DNA of 27,455 bases from a phage. Position numbers and translations under genes: made by a program. Under the pieces are notes generated by a model that worked only from the letters and a program-made list of their open reading frames with translations, was not told where the DNA came from and searched no databases. The DNA lies in the NCBI GenBank assembly GCA_011944185.1, contig GCA_011944185.1_3921.2; one strand, written 5' to 3'. Positions 1 to 8,817 of this stretch are shown one piece after another (the stretch's first letter is position 1; every line of letters starts with the position of its first letter).

Positions 1-8
1 TGCAGAAA

Positions 9-422
9 ATGTTTGTTCACCCAGACATAGCTGACTTCGTTAGAGCTTTGCAGAAGTTGGAAGAACTTGACATTGCTGCTCAACGGGAATATGCTCACCA
101 TCACAGGAGAATGGTTGATATACAACATGAAATAGAGTTGTCTGAAAACTATGAAGATGACTTAAAATGCTCTGTATTTGAGCATATGAAAGATGTTGCT
201 ACAGCGAGACGTAAAGCTAAAGATACAGTTGCTTTACTAGATTCTCTTAAAAAGAGGTTGCAAAGTGGTACAGACCTGTGTAATCTAGCATCACTGATTA
301 ACGATGTTGAAACTTCTTGGGATAGGCACTATTATCCACGTTCTGAAAAGACACTTGACTTTTCTTCATCCGAAAACTTAAAATGTTCTAGAAAGAAACT
401 TAACCAACTGAGAGAGAAATAA
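9..422 (+). CDS. hypothetical protein (may extend upstream of the window)
   Basis: 137-aa ORF with ATG at 9; stop overlaps the next start (TAATATG). No motif recognised. The frame is open to the window edge, so the true start is uncertain. Confidence 0.45.
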   Translation: MFVHPDIADFVRALQKLEELDIAAQREYAHHHRRMVDIQHEIELSENYEDDLKCSVFEHMKDVATARRKAKDTVALLDSLKKRLQSGTDLCNLASLINDVETSWDRHYYPRSEKTLDFSSSENLKCSRKKLNQLREK

Positions 423-423
423 T

Positions 424-1224
424 ATGAATATCGATGTAGAAAAGATGCTTGAAGAAAAAGGTATTGACGAAGCATTTTTAATCAATGCCGTAGAAAGCAT
501 GGCTATGATTCTTCGTGGTAATAACTACACAGAACAGTTTATGCCTGCAAGCTATAACCTACCTAAAGACAAGTCTGATAACGGTGCTTTTGCAGAACAG
601 GTTAATATGATGTTGACAGACACTACACTTGCTCTGGCATCTATTGCAGTTGGTGTTGATGCGCTTGCTGAGTTCATTTTTTATGAAATGCAAAAGAATG
701 ACTATATCAGAATGTCAGATGAAGATAAGGAACTGTTGCTGACTAAGGACACTGATTTCATTATTGATACGCTTATCTCATCAACGAGTGCTGTTATGGC
801 TGTTCTTGAGAAGCGCATGGAAGAGAAACTTTCACGATATGAAAAACTTGATTGGGGCGTCGAAGAATTAAACCCACGAATCAAAGAGATTATCCAGCAA
901 ACTAAGGATTCTTTGGAAGAAGCTGTTGAAAATGACTCTGTAGCTGATATAGAACCACTTCAGGTGAAAGTTGCACTGATGATTCCAGCTATATCTACGA
1001 TGATGAATATCGTTGCACTAATCCAACTTTCACAGATGATGGGTGTGAGTATTGAGTTCATTGAAGAGATGACTGGCGGAGTCAGTATGCAAGCAATCAA
1101 TGATGTTTTGGTGAACATTGGTGCTTCCATCATTGAAGAGAAACTACGCATTAACTTCGGTGATGCTTTTGTGAAGCAACTTTCAGCTATGGCTGAAAAA
1201 GAGTCTGCTGAGCAACTACACTAA
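424..1224 (+). CDS. hypothetical protein
   Basis: 266-aa ORF, ATG at 424 immediately after the upstream stop; followed by a terminator hairpin. No recognisable motif. Confidence 0.55.
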   Translation: MNIDVEKMLEEKGIDEAFLINAVESMAMILRGNNYTEQFMPASYNLPKDKSDNGAFAEQVNMMLTDTTLALASIAVGVDALAEFIFYEMQKNDYIRMSDEDKELLLTKDTDFIIDTLISSTSAVMAVLEKRMEEKLSRYEKLDWGVEELNPRIKEIIQQTKDSLEEAVENDSVADIEPLQVKVALMIPAISTMMNIVALIQLSQMMGVSIEFIEEMTGGVSMQAINDVLVNIGASIIEEKLRINFGDAFVKQLSAMAEKESAEQLH

Positions 1225-1242
1225 GTCTTTATAAATCTTACA

Positions 1243-1266
1243 AGCCTCCTTAGTTGGGGGCTTTTT
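1243..1266 (+). terminator. Rho-independent terminator (hairpin + U-tract)
   Basis: AGCCTCC / GGGGGCT stem (one G-U wobble) with TTAGTT loop, followed by TTTT; lies directly after the stop at 1224. Confidence 0.5.
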
Positions 1267-1285
1267 AGTAATTAATGGAGATAAA

Positions 1286-2029
1286 ATGAGTAATATTATC
1301 GCCTTTACTGGAAAGGCACGTTCTGGAAAAGACACCTCATGTTCTATTGTGAAGAACATTTTAGAGGATGAGTATGGCTACAATGTTGAAGTAATGGCCT
1401 TTGCAGACAACCTTAAACTATCTGCATCAAAGATATTTGACTTGACTTGGAATGACCTGTGCGGTGAAACTAAAGAGACTCCACAGGTTTTTGACTTATC
1501 ATATCCTGAACTGATGTTTAAAGTTACGGAAGCTATGGAGTTCACCTTCAGAGATGAACGTTACCATATGGACTTCAAGCTTATGTCAGAGTTAACCGGA
1601 CGATTAATCATGGAGCTTAAGAAGGTTGCTAAACCTACCCTATTAACACGTCTGGGATTTAGTAAAAAGTATAAATTCTCATCAAGACAAATTCAACAGA
1701 TTTGGGGTACTGAAGTTGTCCGTAAAGTAATGGGCGACAAGTTCTGGTCTAAAGACCTTGAAAAAAGAATGGTTAGATTCCATGAAATGTGCTCACTTAG
1801 AAATCAATATGGTTTTGTCTTAATCAGTGATTTAAGATTTGACTCTGAAGCTGAATGGCTGAGTAGATTTGCACACCAAACTATTGAAGTAAAAAGAGAC
1901 AATGTGGACAAAGTTTCATCACATGTTTCAGAAAATGGGATTTCTACAAAATATGAGCGTGACATTATTCATAATAATGGTACTCTTGCAGACCTTGAGA
2001 ACAAGCTAAGAGCCATCATTAAAGTTTAA
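1286..2029 (+). CDS. deoxynucleoside monophosphate kinase (T4 gp1-like)
   Basis: N-terminal P-loop FTGKARSGKDT matches the GVKRSGKDT P-loop of T4 gp1 as I recall it; C-terminal ...NNGTLADLENKLR resembles T4 gp1 ...NDGSLEELFSKIK; 247 aa vs about 241 aa for T4 gp1. RBS GGAGATAAA precedes the ATG. Confidence 0.75.
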   Translation: MSNIIAFTGKARSGKDTSCSIVKNILEDEYGYNVEVMAFADNLKLSASKIFDLTWNDLCGETKETPQVFDLSYPELMFKVTEAMEFTFRDERYHMDFKLMSELTGRLIMELKKVAKPTLLTRLGFSKKYKFSSRQIQQIWGTEVVRKVMGDKFWSKDLEKRMVRFHEMCSLRNQYGFVLISDLRFDSEAEWLSRFAHQTIEVKRDNVDKVSSHVSENGISTKYERDIIHNNGTLADLENKLRAIIKV

Positions 2030-2037
2030 AAGAGAGA

Positions 2038-2238
2038 ATGAAGATGAGAGTAAAAGACAATTTTAAAGTTATTGACCACCGTTTAGTGGAACTCTCATCT
2101 CTTTCCAATGAGGTAATGATTGAACGTCTTAAGAGAGTTGAATCACGAAGGAAAGAGATTGCAGATGAAATTCATGAACTGGACAAGATTGAAAATGGAT
2201 TGAAGGCAGAACTACAACGAAGAGGTGCTAATGTCTAA
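2038..2238 (+). CDS. hypothetical small protein (predicted coiled coil)
   Basis: 66-aa ORF, charged and helical in composition; RBS AGAGAGA before the ATG; stop overlaps the primase-helicase start. Confidence 0.45.
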   Translation: MKMRVKDNFKVIDHRLVELSSLSNEVMIERLKRVESRRKEIADEIHELDKIENGLKAELQRRGANV

Positions 2239-4216
2239 AGGTCGTAAATTGAAAGAGGCTGGTCAGTTTATTGGTCATTGTGCATGTCCACGTTGTGGTT
2301 CATCAGATGCTGGTTCAATCTATCATCATGACGATGATTCTTATTCGATGACTTGCTTTAGTTGTAACAAAGGTTTCCCAGAGTGGGATTTTGATAAAGG
2401 ACAAATCGTGAGCACTTATTCTACTGGTTCAGACAATAAAAACCGTACTTTCCGTGGAATGGATTTAGACGATGTAAAAGAAAACCTAGAAGCAATGGAC
2501 TTGAAAGACAGGAAGATTCCTGCAAAAGTCCTTGAACGCTTAGGTATCAAGGTTGACATTGACAGTGACGGTGAAATTGATGCGCACTTCTATCCAACTT
2601 ACAAACGTAATGAAGATGGTAAGCTAGAACATGTTGGCTACCGTGTTCGTCACCGTTACCCAGAAGACCATCCAAAAGAGCACCTACGTGGTAAGCTAAA
2701 AGACTTTTCTGGTGGTGTTGGAGACATTAAAGGTGAACTGGCAATGTTCGGCTCATGGATTGCTCCAGAAGGTGGTAACCGTCTATTCATCTGGGAAGGT
2801 GAGATGGAATGTGCGACAGCAATCTACATGACTTCTTTGGCGATTAAAGATAAGTCTCGTCGTAAGAATTACTGTCACGTATCTGTTCCGTCAGGTGCAA
2901 ACATTAAGTCTATCAAAGATAACTATCAGTACATTACATCATTTGATGAAATTTACTTGTGCTTTGATAACGATGAAGCAGGTGCTAAAGCTACCAAAGA
3001 GGCTGCTGGTATCCTACCTATTGAGAAGGTTCGTTTATTCCAGTATCCAGAAGGTGTAAAAGACCTTAACGAATGGTGGACAAAGTTCTATAAAGAGAAA
3101 GACACAGTTCTTGAAGGGTTTAAGCAGCGTATCTACAATGCGCCCCGTTACTGCCCTGCTGGTATCAAGAACTTCGCAGATGGTTTTGAGGCAATGAAGA
3201 ATCGTGGTCAGATTCCATTGATTCCTTTCCCAGAATCTTTCGGAGATTTGAACAGGCTGACTTATGGCGGTTATGGTTTAGGTGAGATTACAACTCTGGC
3301 AGCACCATCTTCAGTGGGTAAATCAGCATACACTCGTGAAATGATTTATACTGCTTGGAAAGATACCGATTACAATATTGGTGTAATTCCGGTCGAAGAT
3401 ACCTATGAAGAGTTGATGGAGATGCTCTGTGCAATCCACCTCAGCAAGCAGATTTCTGAGATTCCTTATGACGAACGTGATTGGGATGAATTGAAGGAAG
3501 CACATGCAGAGCTATCTAAAGGTCGTCGTATCCACATCGTAGACCATCAAGGTGCAATTGACCAAGATAACCTGCTGGAATTTGTTGACTATCTTGTTAA
3601 CAGTTTAGACTGTAAGATTATTATTCTTGACCCTATCACGTTAGCTCTGTCACGTTCAGATACGGATGAAGAGGAAGTTTTGTCTGAGCTATTGCGTCGT
3701 TGCAAACGCTACCAGTATGCGCAGGTAAACGTATGTCACGTTCGTAAGAGTGCAGGTGGTCAGAAAGCTAACTCTGAAGGTGGGGATATCTCTGAAGAGG
3801 ATATCAAGGGTTCTGGTGCGTATTTCCAGATTTCCATGAATAATATTTTGTTAATGCGTAACAAGGTTGACCCAGACCCTGTTAAGAAAAACTTGACAAA
3901 AATCAAGTTAACTAAATGTCGTCGTCACGGTAAGTCAACGGGTATTGCTGGTCATACTTGGTACAATCCAGATACAGGGCGTCTCATTAAAGCATCTGGT
4001 TGTGGAGTTGACATTGATGGTGCAGCAGAAAATATTCGCCAACAGTTTGGTATTGGCGAAGCTGAAGACCATTACGATGACTCTTTGCCACATTATGAGG
4101 ATGAAGTGTTTGACCGTGAGACTGGTGAAGTCTATACTGAAGAGCAGCGTCAAAGCTCAACGATTCCACCTGTATTAAGTGAGGATGCAGATGACTGCCC
4201 ATTCGAAACTGAGTGA
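2231..4216 (+). CDS. bifunctional DNA primase/helicase (T7 gp4-like)
   Basis: N-terminal Cys4 zinc ribbon (CPRCGSSDAG...CFSCNKGF); TOPRIM-like acidic core (EGEMECATAIY, CFDNDEAG); DnaB-type Walker A (AAPSSVGKSAYT) and Walker B (KIIILDPIT). The ORF track starts at a GTG at 2225; I prefer the ATG at 2231 preceded by GAGG. Confidence 0.85.
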   Translation: MSKGRKLKEAGQFIGHCACPRCGSSDAGSIYHHDDDSYSMTCFSCNKGFPEWDFDKGQIVSTYSTGSDNKNRTFRGMDLDDVKENLEAMDLKDRKIPAKVLERLGIKVDIDSDGEIDAHFYPTYKRNEDGKLEHVGYRVRHRYPEDHPKEHLRGKLKDFSGGVGDIKGELAMFGSWIAPEGGNRLFIWEGEMECATAIYMTSLAIKDKSRRKNYCHVSVPSGANIKSIKDNYQYITSFDEIYLCFDNDEAGAKATKEAAGILPIEKVRLFQYPEGVKDLNEWWTKFYKEKDTVLEGFKQRIYNAPRYCPAGIKNFADGFEAMKNRGQIPLIPFPESFGDLNRLTYGGYGLGEITTLAAPSSVGKSAYTREMIYTAWKDTDYNIGVIPVEDTYEELMEMLCAIHLSKQISEIPYDERDWDELKEAHAELSKGRRIHIVDHQGAIDQDNLLEFVDYLVNSLDCKIIILDPITLALSRSDTDEEEVLSELLRRCKRYQYAQVNVCHVRKSAGGQKANSEGGDISEEDIKGSGAYFQISMNNILLMRNKVDPDPVKKNLTKIKLTKCRRHGKSTGIAGHTWYNPDTGRLIKASGCGVDIDGAAENIRQQFGIGEAEDHYDDSLPHYEDEVFDRETGEVYTEEQRQSSTIPPVLSEDADDCPFETE

Positions 4217-4286
4217 TAGTTACAAAAGAGAGGGGTTCACACCCTTCTTTGAAGAAAAAAGTTTAAATGAATTTCAGGAAGAGTGT

Positions 4287-4315
4287 TTGACAAAGGTTGA
4301 TAGGTTCTATAGAAT
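4287..4315 (+). promoter_or_regulatory. sigma70-like promoter P1 (TTGACA-N17-TAGAAT)
   Basis: TTGACA at 4287-4292, 17-nt spacer, TAGAAT at 4310-4315. Shares the extended context GTTTGACAA with the copies at 4626 and 24275. Confidence 0.5.
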
Positions 4316-4468
4316 GCTCTACATGAAATGTGATGGAGGTGTTGAGGTAGAAGAAAAGTTCCATCACAGCATAATCACAGTCACTATTACTATACCTAAA
4401 CATAATATTGGTTGGCTGTTTGTAATAAAAGAAAATGTGTTTGAATATCAAGTATATCGGAGAATATC

Positions 4469-4618
4469 ATGAAACACTCTAAAGCATTTGAAAAAGTTTT
4501 TGGGGATTCCTTAAAAGCCACTGCTGGAAAACCAGCAAAATACTATGAAGAGAAGCGTGTAAGAACTGGAAAAACTGCACGTAAAGCAGCTTCTAAAGAT
4601 AAGCACAACTTCCAGTAA
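4469..4618 (+). CDS. candidate small lysine-rich protein (49 aa)
   Basis: ORF not in the supplied track (below 60 aa): MKHSKAFEKVFGDSLKATAGKPAKYYEEKRVRTGKTARKAASKDKHNFQ. GGAG lies 7 nt upstream of the ATG; sits between promoters P1 and P2. Confidence 0.3.
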   Translation: MKHSKAFEKVFGDSLKATAGKPAKYYEEKRVRTGKTARKAASKDKHNFQ

Positions 4619-4625
4619 TTAATGT

Positions 4626-4654
4626 TTGACAATAGAGTATCAACAAACTAGAAT
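4626..4654 (+). promoter_or_regulatory. sigma70-like promoter P2 (TTGACA-N17-TAGAAT)
   Basis: TTGACA at 4626-4631, 17-nt spacer, TAGAAT at 4649-4654; about 36 nt upstream of the ATG at 4691, which has an AGAGG RBS. Confidence 0.55.
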
Positions 4655-4690
4655 TGGTACTCTTCATAAATTGAGATAGAGGTTTAAATA

Positions 4691-5548
4691 ATGTCTAAAG
4701 TTGTTAAAATGAAAGCTCCGGTAGAGAAATACAATGGCACTGAACGCCAAACTCTGCGATACCTGCTGAAAGATGTCTGGTTTTATTACCTGAACACTTC
4801 ACCACGTCCGGGAAAAGGTAAGTCTATTGATAAGAAATTCCCAGGCAAAGACTGTAACTACAGCGTATCAATTCTGGCAGAAGACGGTAACAAACTGTTT
4901 AAAGAGTTTACTAAGTCTAAGAAAAATCCAGAAGGTTGGGATAAAGTCACTACTGAAGCAGTTGATGCAGACGACTTCGAAGAGAAGTTTGGTTGTAAAC
5001 CACCTTTTGAAGCAGACACTTACTACATCTTGAAAGTAAGTCGTGCAGCAGCTTATAAAGATGGTGCTGTATGGACAGCTAAACAGTCATTCCCTGTTAT
5101 GCTTATTGAAGAAGTAAATGGTAAGCGTGTAGCTGTTAAGCAGCCGATGAAGAAAATCAAAGCTCAAGCATCTGATAAACATGAAGATGATAAGAACTAT
5201 GATGTAATTCATCCAGATATTGCAGTTGGTAACGGTTCTTTTGGTAGTGTGATTCTTTCTACTCACTTCTACACTTTTGAGAACAATGTTCTGACAAAAC
5301 CTATTCAGGAACAGTTTATCATTGATACTCTTGTACCTTACACTGGTGGTAACGGTGCTAACGGTGAACCTGAACTGGATGAAGACGAACTGGCTATGCT
5401 TGGTCTTGATGGTGTCGAAGATAACGGTGAAATCACTGAAGAAGACGCAACAGACCATAAATCTTCGAATGAGTCTGATGATGGTGATGATGAAGATTTG
5501 CCAGACCCAGATGACGAAGAAGATGAAGACTTCGATACAGAAGACTAA
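4691..5548 (+). CDS. putative single-stranded DNA-binding protein (acidic C-terminal tail)
   Basis: 285-aa ORF directly behind promoter P2. The last ~45 residues are very acidic (DDGDDEDLPDPDDEEDEDFDTED), a hallmark of phage and bacterial SSBs (T7 gp2.5, T4 gp32, E. coli SSB). Sits between the primase-helicase and the exonuclease. No fold-level motif verified. Confidence 0.4.
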   Translation: MSKVVKMKAPVEKYNGTERQTLRYLLKDVWFYYLNTSPRPGKGKSIDKKFPGKDCNYSVSILAEDGNKLFKEFTKSKKNPEGWDKVTTEAVDADDFEEKFGCKPPFEADTYYILKVSRAAAYKDGAVWTAKQSFPVMLIEEVNGKRVAVKQPMKKIKAQASDKHEDDKNYDVIHPDIAVGNGSFGSVILSTHFYTFENNVLTKPIQEQFIIDTLVPYTGGNGANGEPELDEDELAMLGLDGVEDNGEITEEDATDHKSSNESDDGDDEDLPDPDDEEDEDFDTED

Positions 5549-5565
5549 TCTCTAAAAGTTACTTT

Positions 5566-5595
5566 AAAGCCCTGTACTTAGTATGGGGCTTTTTC
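5566..5595 (+). terminator. Rho-independent terminator
   Basis: AGCCCT / GGGGCT stem with 11-nt loop, followed by TTTT; directly after the stop at 5548. Confidence 0.5.
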
Positions 5596-5610
5596 ATATG
5601 GAGAGCCATA

Positions 5611-6651
5611 ATGGAGAAGTACACATTAACAAAACTTCCAGATTCAGTTACACATGTCTTTATTGACTCTGACAGCATTGCCTATAAAGGTGCTTGTGTA
5701 GTTGAGAAAGCAAAGTATAAATACGTTAATAAACTCACAGCAGAAGAATCTGAACCATTTGATAATGCGAAAGATGCTGCAAGATGGTTAGCAGACCAGA
5801 GAATCCTTGTGGAAGAGCTTGGCCTGACATTTGATGAAGATGAATGGGAAAGACAAACTTGGAAAGAAGCTAAGAGTGAAAAAGAAGCTATCATGGCTAC
5901 TCAACAGGTGCTTCAGGAATGGCTTAAGGTTGTTGGTAAAGAAAGAACTTGGGTAGGTTATTTAACAGAGAAGGGTGTGCATAAACATAAAGACATTAAA
6001 GGTCTTGAGCACCAATATCAAGGTAACCGTAAAGATGCCGTCACACCAACACACTTAGTCGCTTGTCGTGAATACCTTTTATCCAGACCAGAGTTCAAGC
6101 TCTTAAAGGGAGGCTTCGAAGCCGATTCAATCGTAATTGCTAAAGCTGAAAAGATGGGTAAGAAGGCTGCTCTTATGAGTATTGACAAAGACCTTCGACA
6201 AGCTGAAGGAACTTATTGTATTGACATGACTTATGAAAAATCACCACTAATCTTTATTGCTGATAATAATGTTGGTGATATCTGGGATTGTCCTATCAAA
6301 TCAAAACCAAAAGCTGCAAAAACAGTTGGTGTAGGTTTTAAATTCTTGTGCTATCAGGCTGTTGCTGGAGATAATGCAGATAACTACTTTGGCCTTAAAG
6401 GTGCTGGTAAAGTAGCTGTGATGAATGCTTTAGATGGTAAAGAGACCTACAAAGAGTGTCTTGATGCTATCTATGAACTCTATGCTAAAAAAGACTCTTA
6501 CACCTATGTATCATGGGATGGACAGATTGTTACAAAGACACCGTTAGAGCTAATGGAACAGCATTTCTTCCTAGCTTATCAAGAAAGAAATCCAAAAGAT
6601 AATTTCTCTTTTAAGAAATATAATTGGGAGCCGTGTATGAATGAAGATTAA
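5611..6651 (+). CDS. 5'-3' exonuclease / flap endonuclease (FEN family, T5 D15-like)
   Basis: N-terminal VFIDSDSIAYKG resembles the FEN PIN-domain start; FEADSIVIAKA resembles the EADD acidic motif; GDNADNYFGLKGAGKVAV fits the H3TH motif GDxxDNxxGxxGxGxK. RBS GGAGAG before the ATG. Confidence 0.65.
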   Translation: MEKYTLTKLPDSVTHVFIDSDSIAYKGACVVEKAKYKYVNKLTAEESEPFDNAKDAARWLADQRILVEELGLTFDEDEWERQTWKEAKSEKEAIMATQQVLQEWLKVVGKERTWVGYLTEKGVHKHKDIKGLEHQYQGNRKDAVTPTHLVACREYLLSRPEFKLLKGGFEADSIVIAKAEKMGKKAALMSIDKDLRQAEGTYCIDMTYEKSPLIFIADNNVGDIWDCPIKSKPKAAKTVGVGFKFLCYQAVAGDNADNYFGLKGAGKVAVMNALDGKETYKECLDAIYELYAKKDSYTYVSWDGQIVTKTPLELMEQHFFLAYQERNPKDNFSFKKYNWEPCMNED

Positions 6652-7138
6652 AGGATTTGGCAATTGTCCTACCTATGGACATTGGGTATCTTTATGTGGG
6701 GAAGTTGACCCCACTAAACATTTTGGTTTTGTCTATTTAGTACACTGTAAGAAGACCGGACAATATTATATCGGAAAGAAACAGCTTAACAGTGTGACCA
6801 AAAGAAAAGTTGCTGGGAAGACTCGGAAGAAGGTAGTCACTAAGGAAAGTGATTGGATGACTTATGAGACTTCTTCTGAGTATATTAAAAAAGATATTGA
6901 GAGCTTTGGAAAAGAATTTTTTGACTTTTACATTATTCAAACCTACTACACAAAAGGTGGTCTAGTTTATGGTGAAGCAAATCTCCAACATAAATTCGAT
7001 GTAATGACAAAAAGGATTGACTCTAAGCTCAGACTCTTCTACAATGCCAATATTGCAGCAATTAAGTTTATCACTAAAGAAACTTATGAAGATGCTGAAA
7101 AAAGAATCCACAAGGTAATGAAAGCAAATTGTGCTTGA
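6641..7138 (+). CDS. putative GIY-YIG endonuclease-like protein
   Basis: GFVYLVHCKKTGQYYIGKK near the N-terminus fits the GIY-(10-11 aa)-YIG spacing of GIY-YIG nucleases (compare I-TevI GIYQIKNTLNNKVYVGSA). Start overlaps the exonuclease stop. Downstream catalytic Arg/Glu not confidently aligned. Confidence 0.4.
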   Translation: MKIKGFGNCPTYGHWVSLCGEVDPTKHFGFVYLVHCKKTGQYYIGKKQLNSVTKRKVAGKTRKKVVTKESDWMTYETSSEYIKKDIESFGKEFFDFYIIQTYYTKGGLVYGEANLQHKFDVMTKRIDSKLRLFYNANIAAIKFITKETYEDAEKRIHKVMKANCA

Positions 7139-7159
7139 TAACTATTGAGAGAGAATAAA

Positions 7160-7408
7160 ATGTTTAACAAAAGTAAAGCTGTGAGTCATGTAGCAAAAGT
7201 TGACAGCAAGATTGAAGAACTTGAGCGCATCCTTGCAAATGCCAGAGAGTCAATAATTAAAGAAGTTGAAGCTGTTGAATCACAAATGCAGCACCTAATG
7301 CTTAAACGCCAAGAGCTACGTGAGCATCTAGAATATACTGAAACACGAGAGCTAAAAGTTAACAGATATTTTAAGGAGTCCGAATGTTTAACTCAAGAGA
7401 ATCAGTAA
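7160..7408 (+). CDS. hypothetical small protein (coiled coil)
   Basis: The ORF track starts at a TTG at 7145; I prefer the ATG at 7160 preceded by GAGAGAG. Product is helical and charged. Confidence 0.45.
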   Translation: MFNKSKAVSHVAKVDSKIEELERILANARESIIKEVEAVESQMQHLMLKRQELREHLEYTETRELKVNRYFKESECLTQENQ

Positions 7409-8139
7409 AAAACTGGAATCTTCGTTGCGGAAAAACTCAAAAACAACCATACAGTAATGAGTATTGGGAGTCTTTGAAATCTCAATCTCTGTGTATGCTT
7501 GAAGAAGCAAAAGAGCTTGTAAAAGCAATTGAAGAGAAAGACCCCATTGAGACACTGGATGCTCAGGCAGATTTGCAATATGTTCTTGACGGTTTGATTT
7601 ACCTGTCACAACATGACCATAATGGTGCTATGAAAGCTGTTTGTCATAATAATGACCTGAAATACACAGACGATTATGAAGAAGCTTTAAAACGTCTTGC
7701 AGATATTGAGAAGCGTACTGGTCAAGATTGTATTGTCAGAATGTCAGTAGTTGATGGTAAAGAGTGGTACGCAATTGTTCGTGTAGCCGATGGGAAGATT
7801 ATGAAGCAATCGAATCTCCCAAAAGTACAGCTTGGTGAATACATTGTAGAACTTGAAAGCCAAGAACTTTTTGTGGTAGTATCTGATACATGCGTTATCT
7901 GCAAAGGTATTGTAGGTAGCTTAAAGGATTTGGGTGTAGATGGTTTTGTAGAAGTTAATCCAATTACCTCTAAAGCAGATAAAGATTTCTGTAAAGAGAA
8001 CGGACTATGGATTGCAGATATTGTCTACTATGATGGTGAGCAGTTCCATGTAACCTCATACCCGAAACTGAATTATGATGCTAATAACCTGAAGTGCTGG
8101 TTAAAAGGGGTTGGTTATAATGGATTCACAGAACATTAA
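7384..8139 (+). CDS. hypothetical protein; possible MazG-like NTP pyrophosphohydrolase domain at the N-terminus
   Basis: 251-aa ORF with AAGGAG 5 nt before the ATG. Residues ~35-75 (LEEAKELVKAIEEKD...LDAQADLQYVLDGL) loosely fit the EExxE...D pattern of all-alpha MazG/dUTPase-like NTPases. Weak, unverified. Confidence 0.3.
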   Translation: MFNSRESVKNWNLRCGKTQKQPYSNEYWESLKSQSLCMLEEAKELVKAIEEKDPIETLDAQADLQYVLDGLIYLSQHDHNGAMKAVCHNNDLKYTDDYEEALKRLADIEKRTGQDCIVRMSVVDGKEWYAIVRVADGKIMKQSNLPKVQLGEYIVELESQELFVVVSDTCVICKGIVGSLKDLGVDGFVEVNPITSKADKDFCKENGLWIADIVYYDGEQFHVTSYPKLNYDANNLKCWLKGVGYNGFTEH

Positions 8140-8443
8140 TAAAGAAGGTGTGGCTCAGAAGAGCCACTTCTCAAACTATAATATTTCTATGACGGTGTTT
8201 ATGTATGACCCGTTACTTGAGAAGTATGGTGAGACTCCAGATACACTTCTGGATAATGAACAAGTTTTAAAAGCAGTCCTGTACAAATACGGGATTGACA
8301 TTGAGAAAGAGTATTCTTTTGAAATCTGCCAACACAGGAATACTTTCGGTAAAGTTGTGATGGCTCCGCTCTTTATGGGTGTAGAAAGGACTGACTATGG
8401 TTGGCTGTATCTGAAAAGAAACTTGGAGAAATACCGTGTTTAA
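8120..8443 (+). CDS. hypothetical protein
   Basis: The ORF track begins at a TTG at 8111; first ATG at 8120 with AAAAGGGG upstream. No motif recognised. Confidence 0.45.
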   Translation: MDSQNINKEGVAQKSHFSNYNISMTVFMYDPLLEKYGETPDTLLDNEQVLKAVLYKYGIDIEKEYSFEICQHRNTFGKVVMAPLFMGVERTDYGWLYLKRNLEKYRV

Positions 8444-8771
8444 AGCGAAAAAGCTATCTTATGATGATATCATTTCTGGCGCTAAATTAGGTGTTGACAG
8501 TCTCGGACAAGACGTTAAACACGGAGACACAGTGATGTACTGTGATGACCGAAGAGGAAGAAGTGCAATCTTGTTTGGAAAAGTTGTATGTAAAATACGC
8601 GGTAATTATGTTGTTTCAGATATGGATGTCAACGTCGCACAAAAGCTCAAAACAATCATGGATAGCAAGATTTCATCATGGCTCTTAAATTGTATGCACG
8701 CATCGTCAATCACAAAGGTAAGTGATAAGTTTTACGATATGTGGCAGAATGAGCAAATTTTCAAGATTTAA
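8436..8771 (+). CDS. hypothetical protein (GTG start)
   Basis: 111-aa ORF; GTG start at 8436 with GGAG 8 nt upstream; overlaps the previous stop; followed by a strong terminator. Confidence 0.4.
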   Translation: MFKAKKLSYDDIISGAKLGVDSLGQDVKHGDTVMYCDDRRGRSAILFGKVVCKIRGNYVVSDMDVNVAQKLKTIMDSKISSWLLNCMHASSITKVSDKFYDMWQNEQIFKI

Positions 8772-8777
8772 ACTAGG

Positions 8778-8799
8778 GAGCCTCTTCGGAGGCTCTTTT
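8778..8799 (+). terminator. Rho-independent terminator (TTCG tetraloop)
   Basis: Perfect GAGCCTC-TTCG-GAGGCTC hairpin followed by TTTT. Confidence 0.6.
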
Positions 8800-8817
8800 C
8801 ATCTGTAGGATTTAAAA

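Noticed and set aside
4217-4250. GGGGTTCACACCC element considered as a tRNA T-arm or terminator
   Set aside because: The stem is only 3-4 bp, no acceptor or anticodon arm can be built from the surrounding sequence, and there is no proper U-tract.
4179-4472. 97-aa plus-strand ORF overlapping the primase-helicase 3' end
   Set aside because: It overlaps the C-terminus of the primase-helicase in another frame and contains the P1 promoter and a strong inverted repeat, so the region is more likely regulatory. Translation of a shorter internal peptide cannot be excluded.
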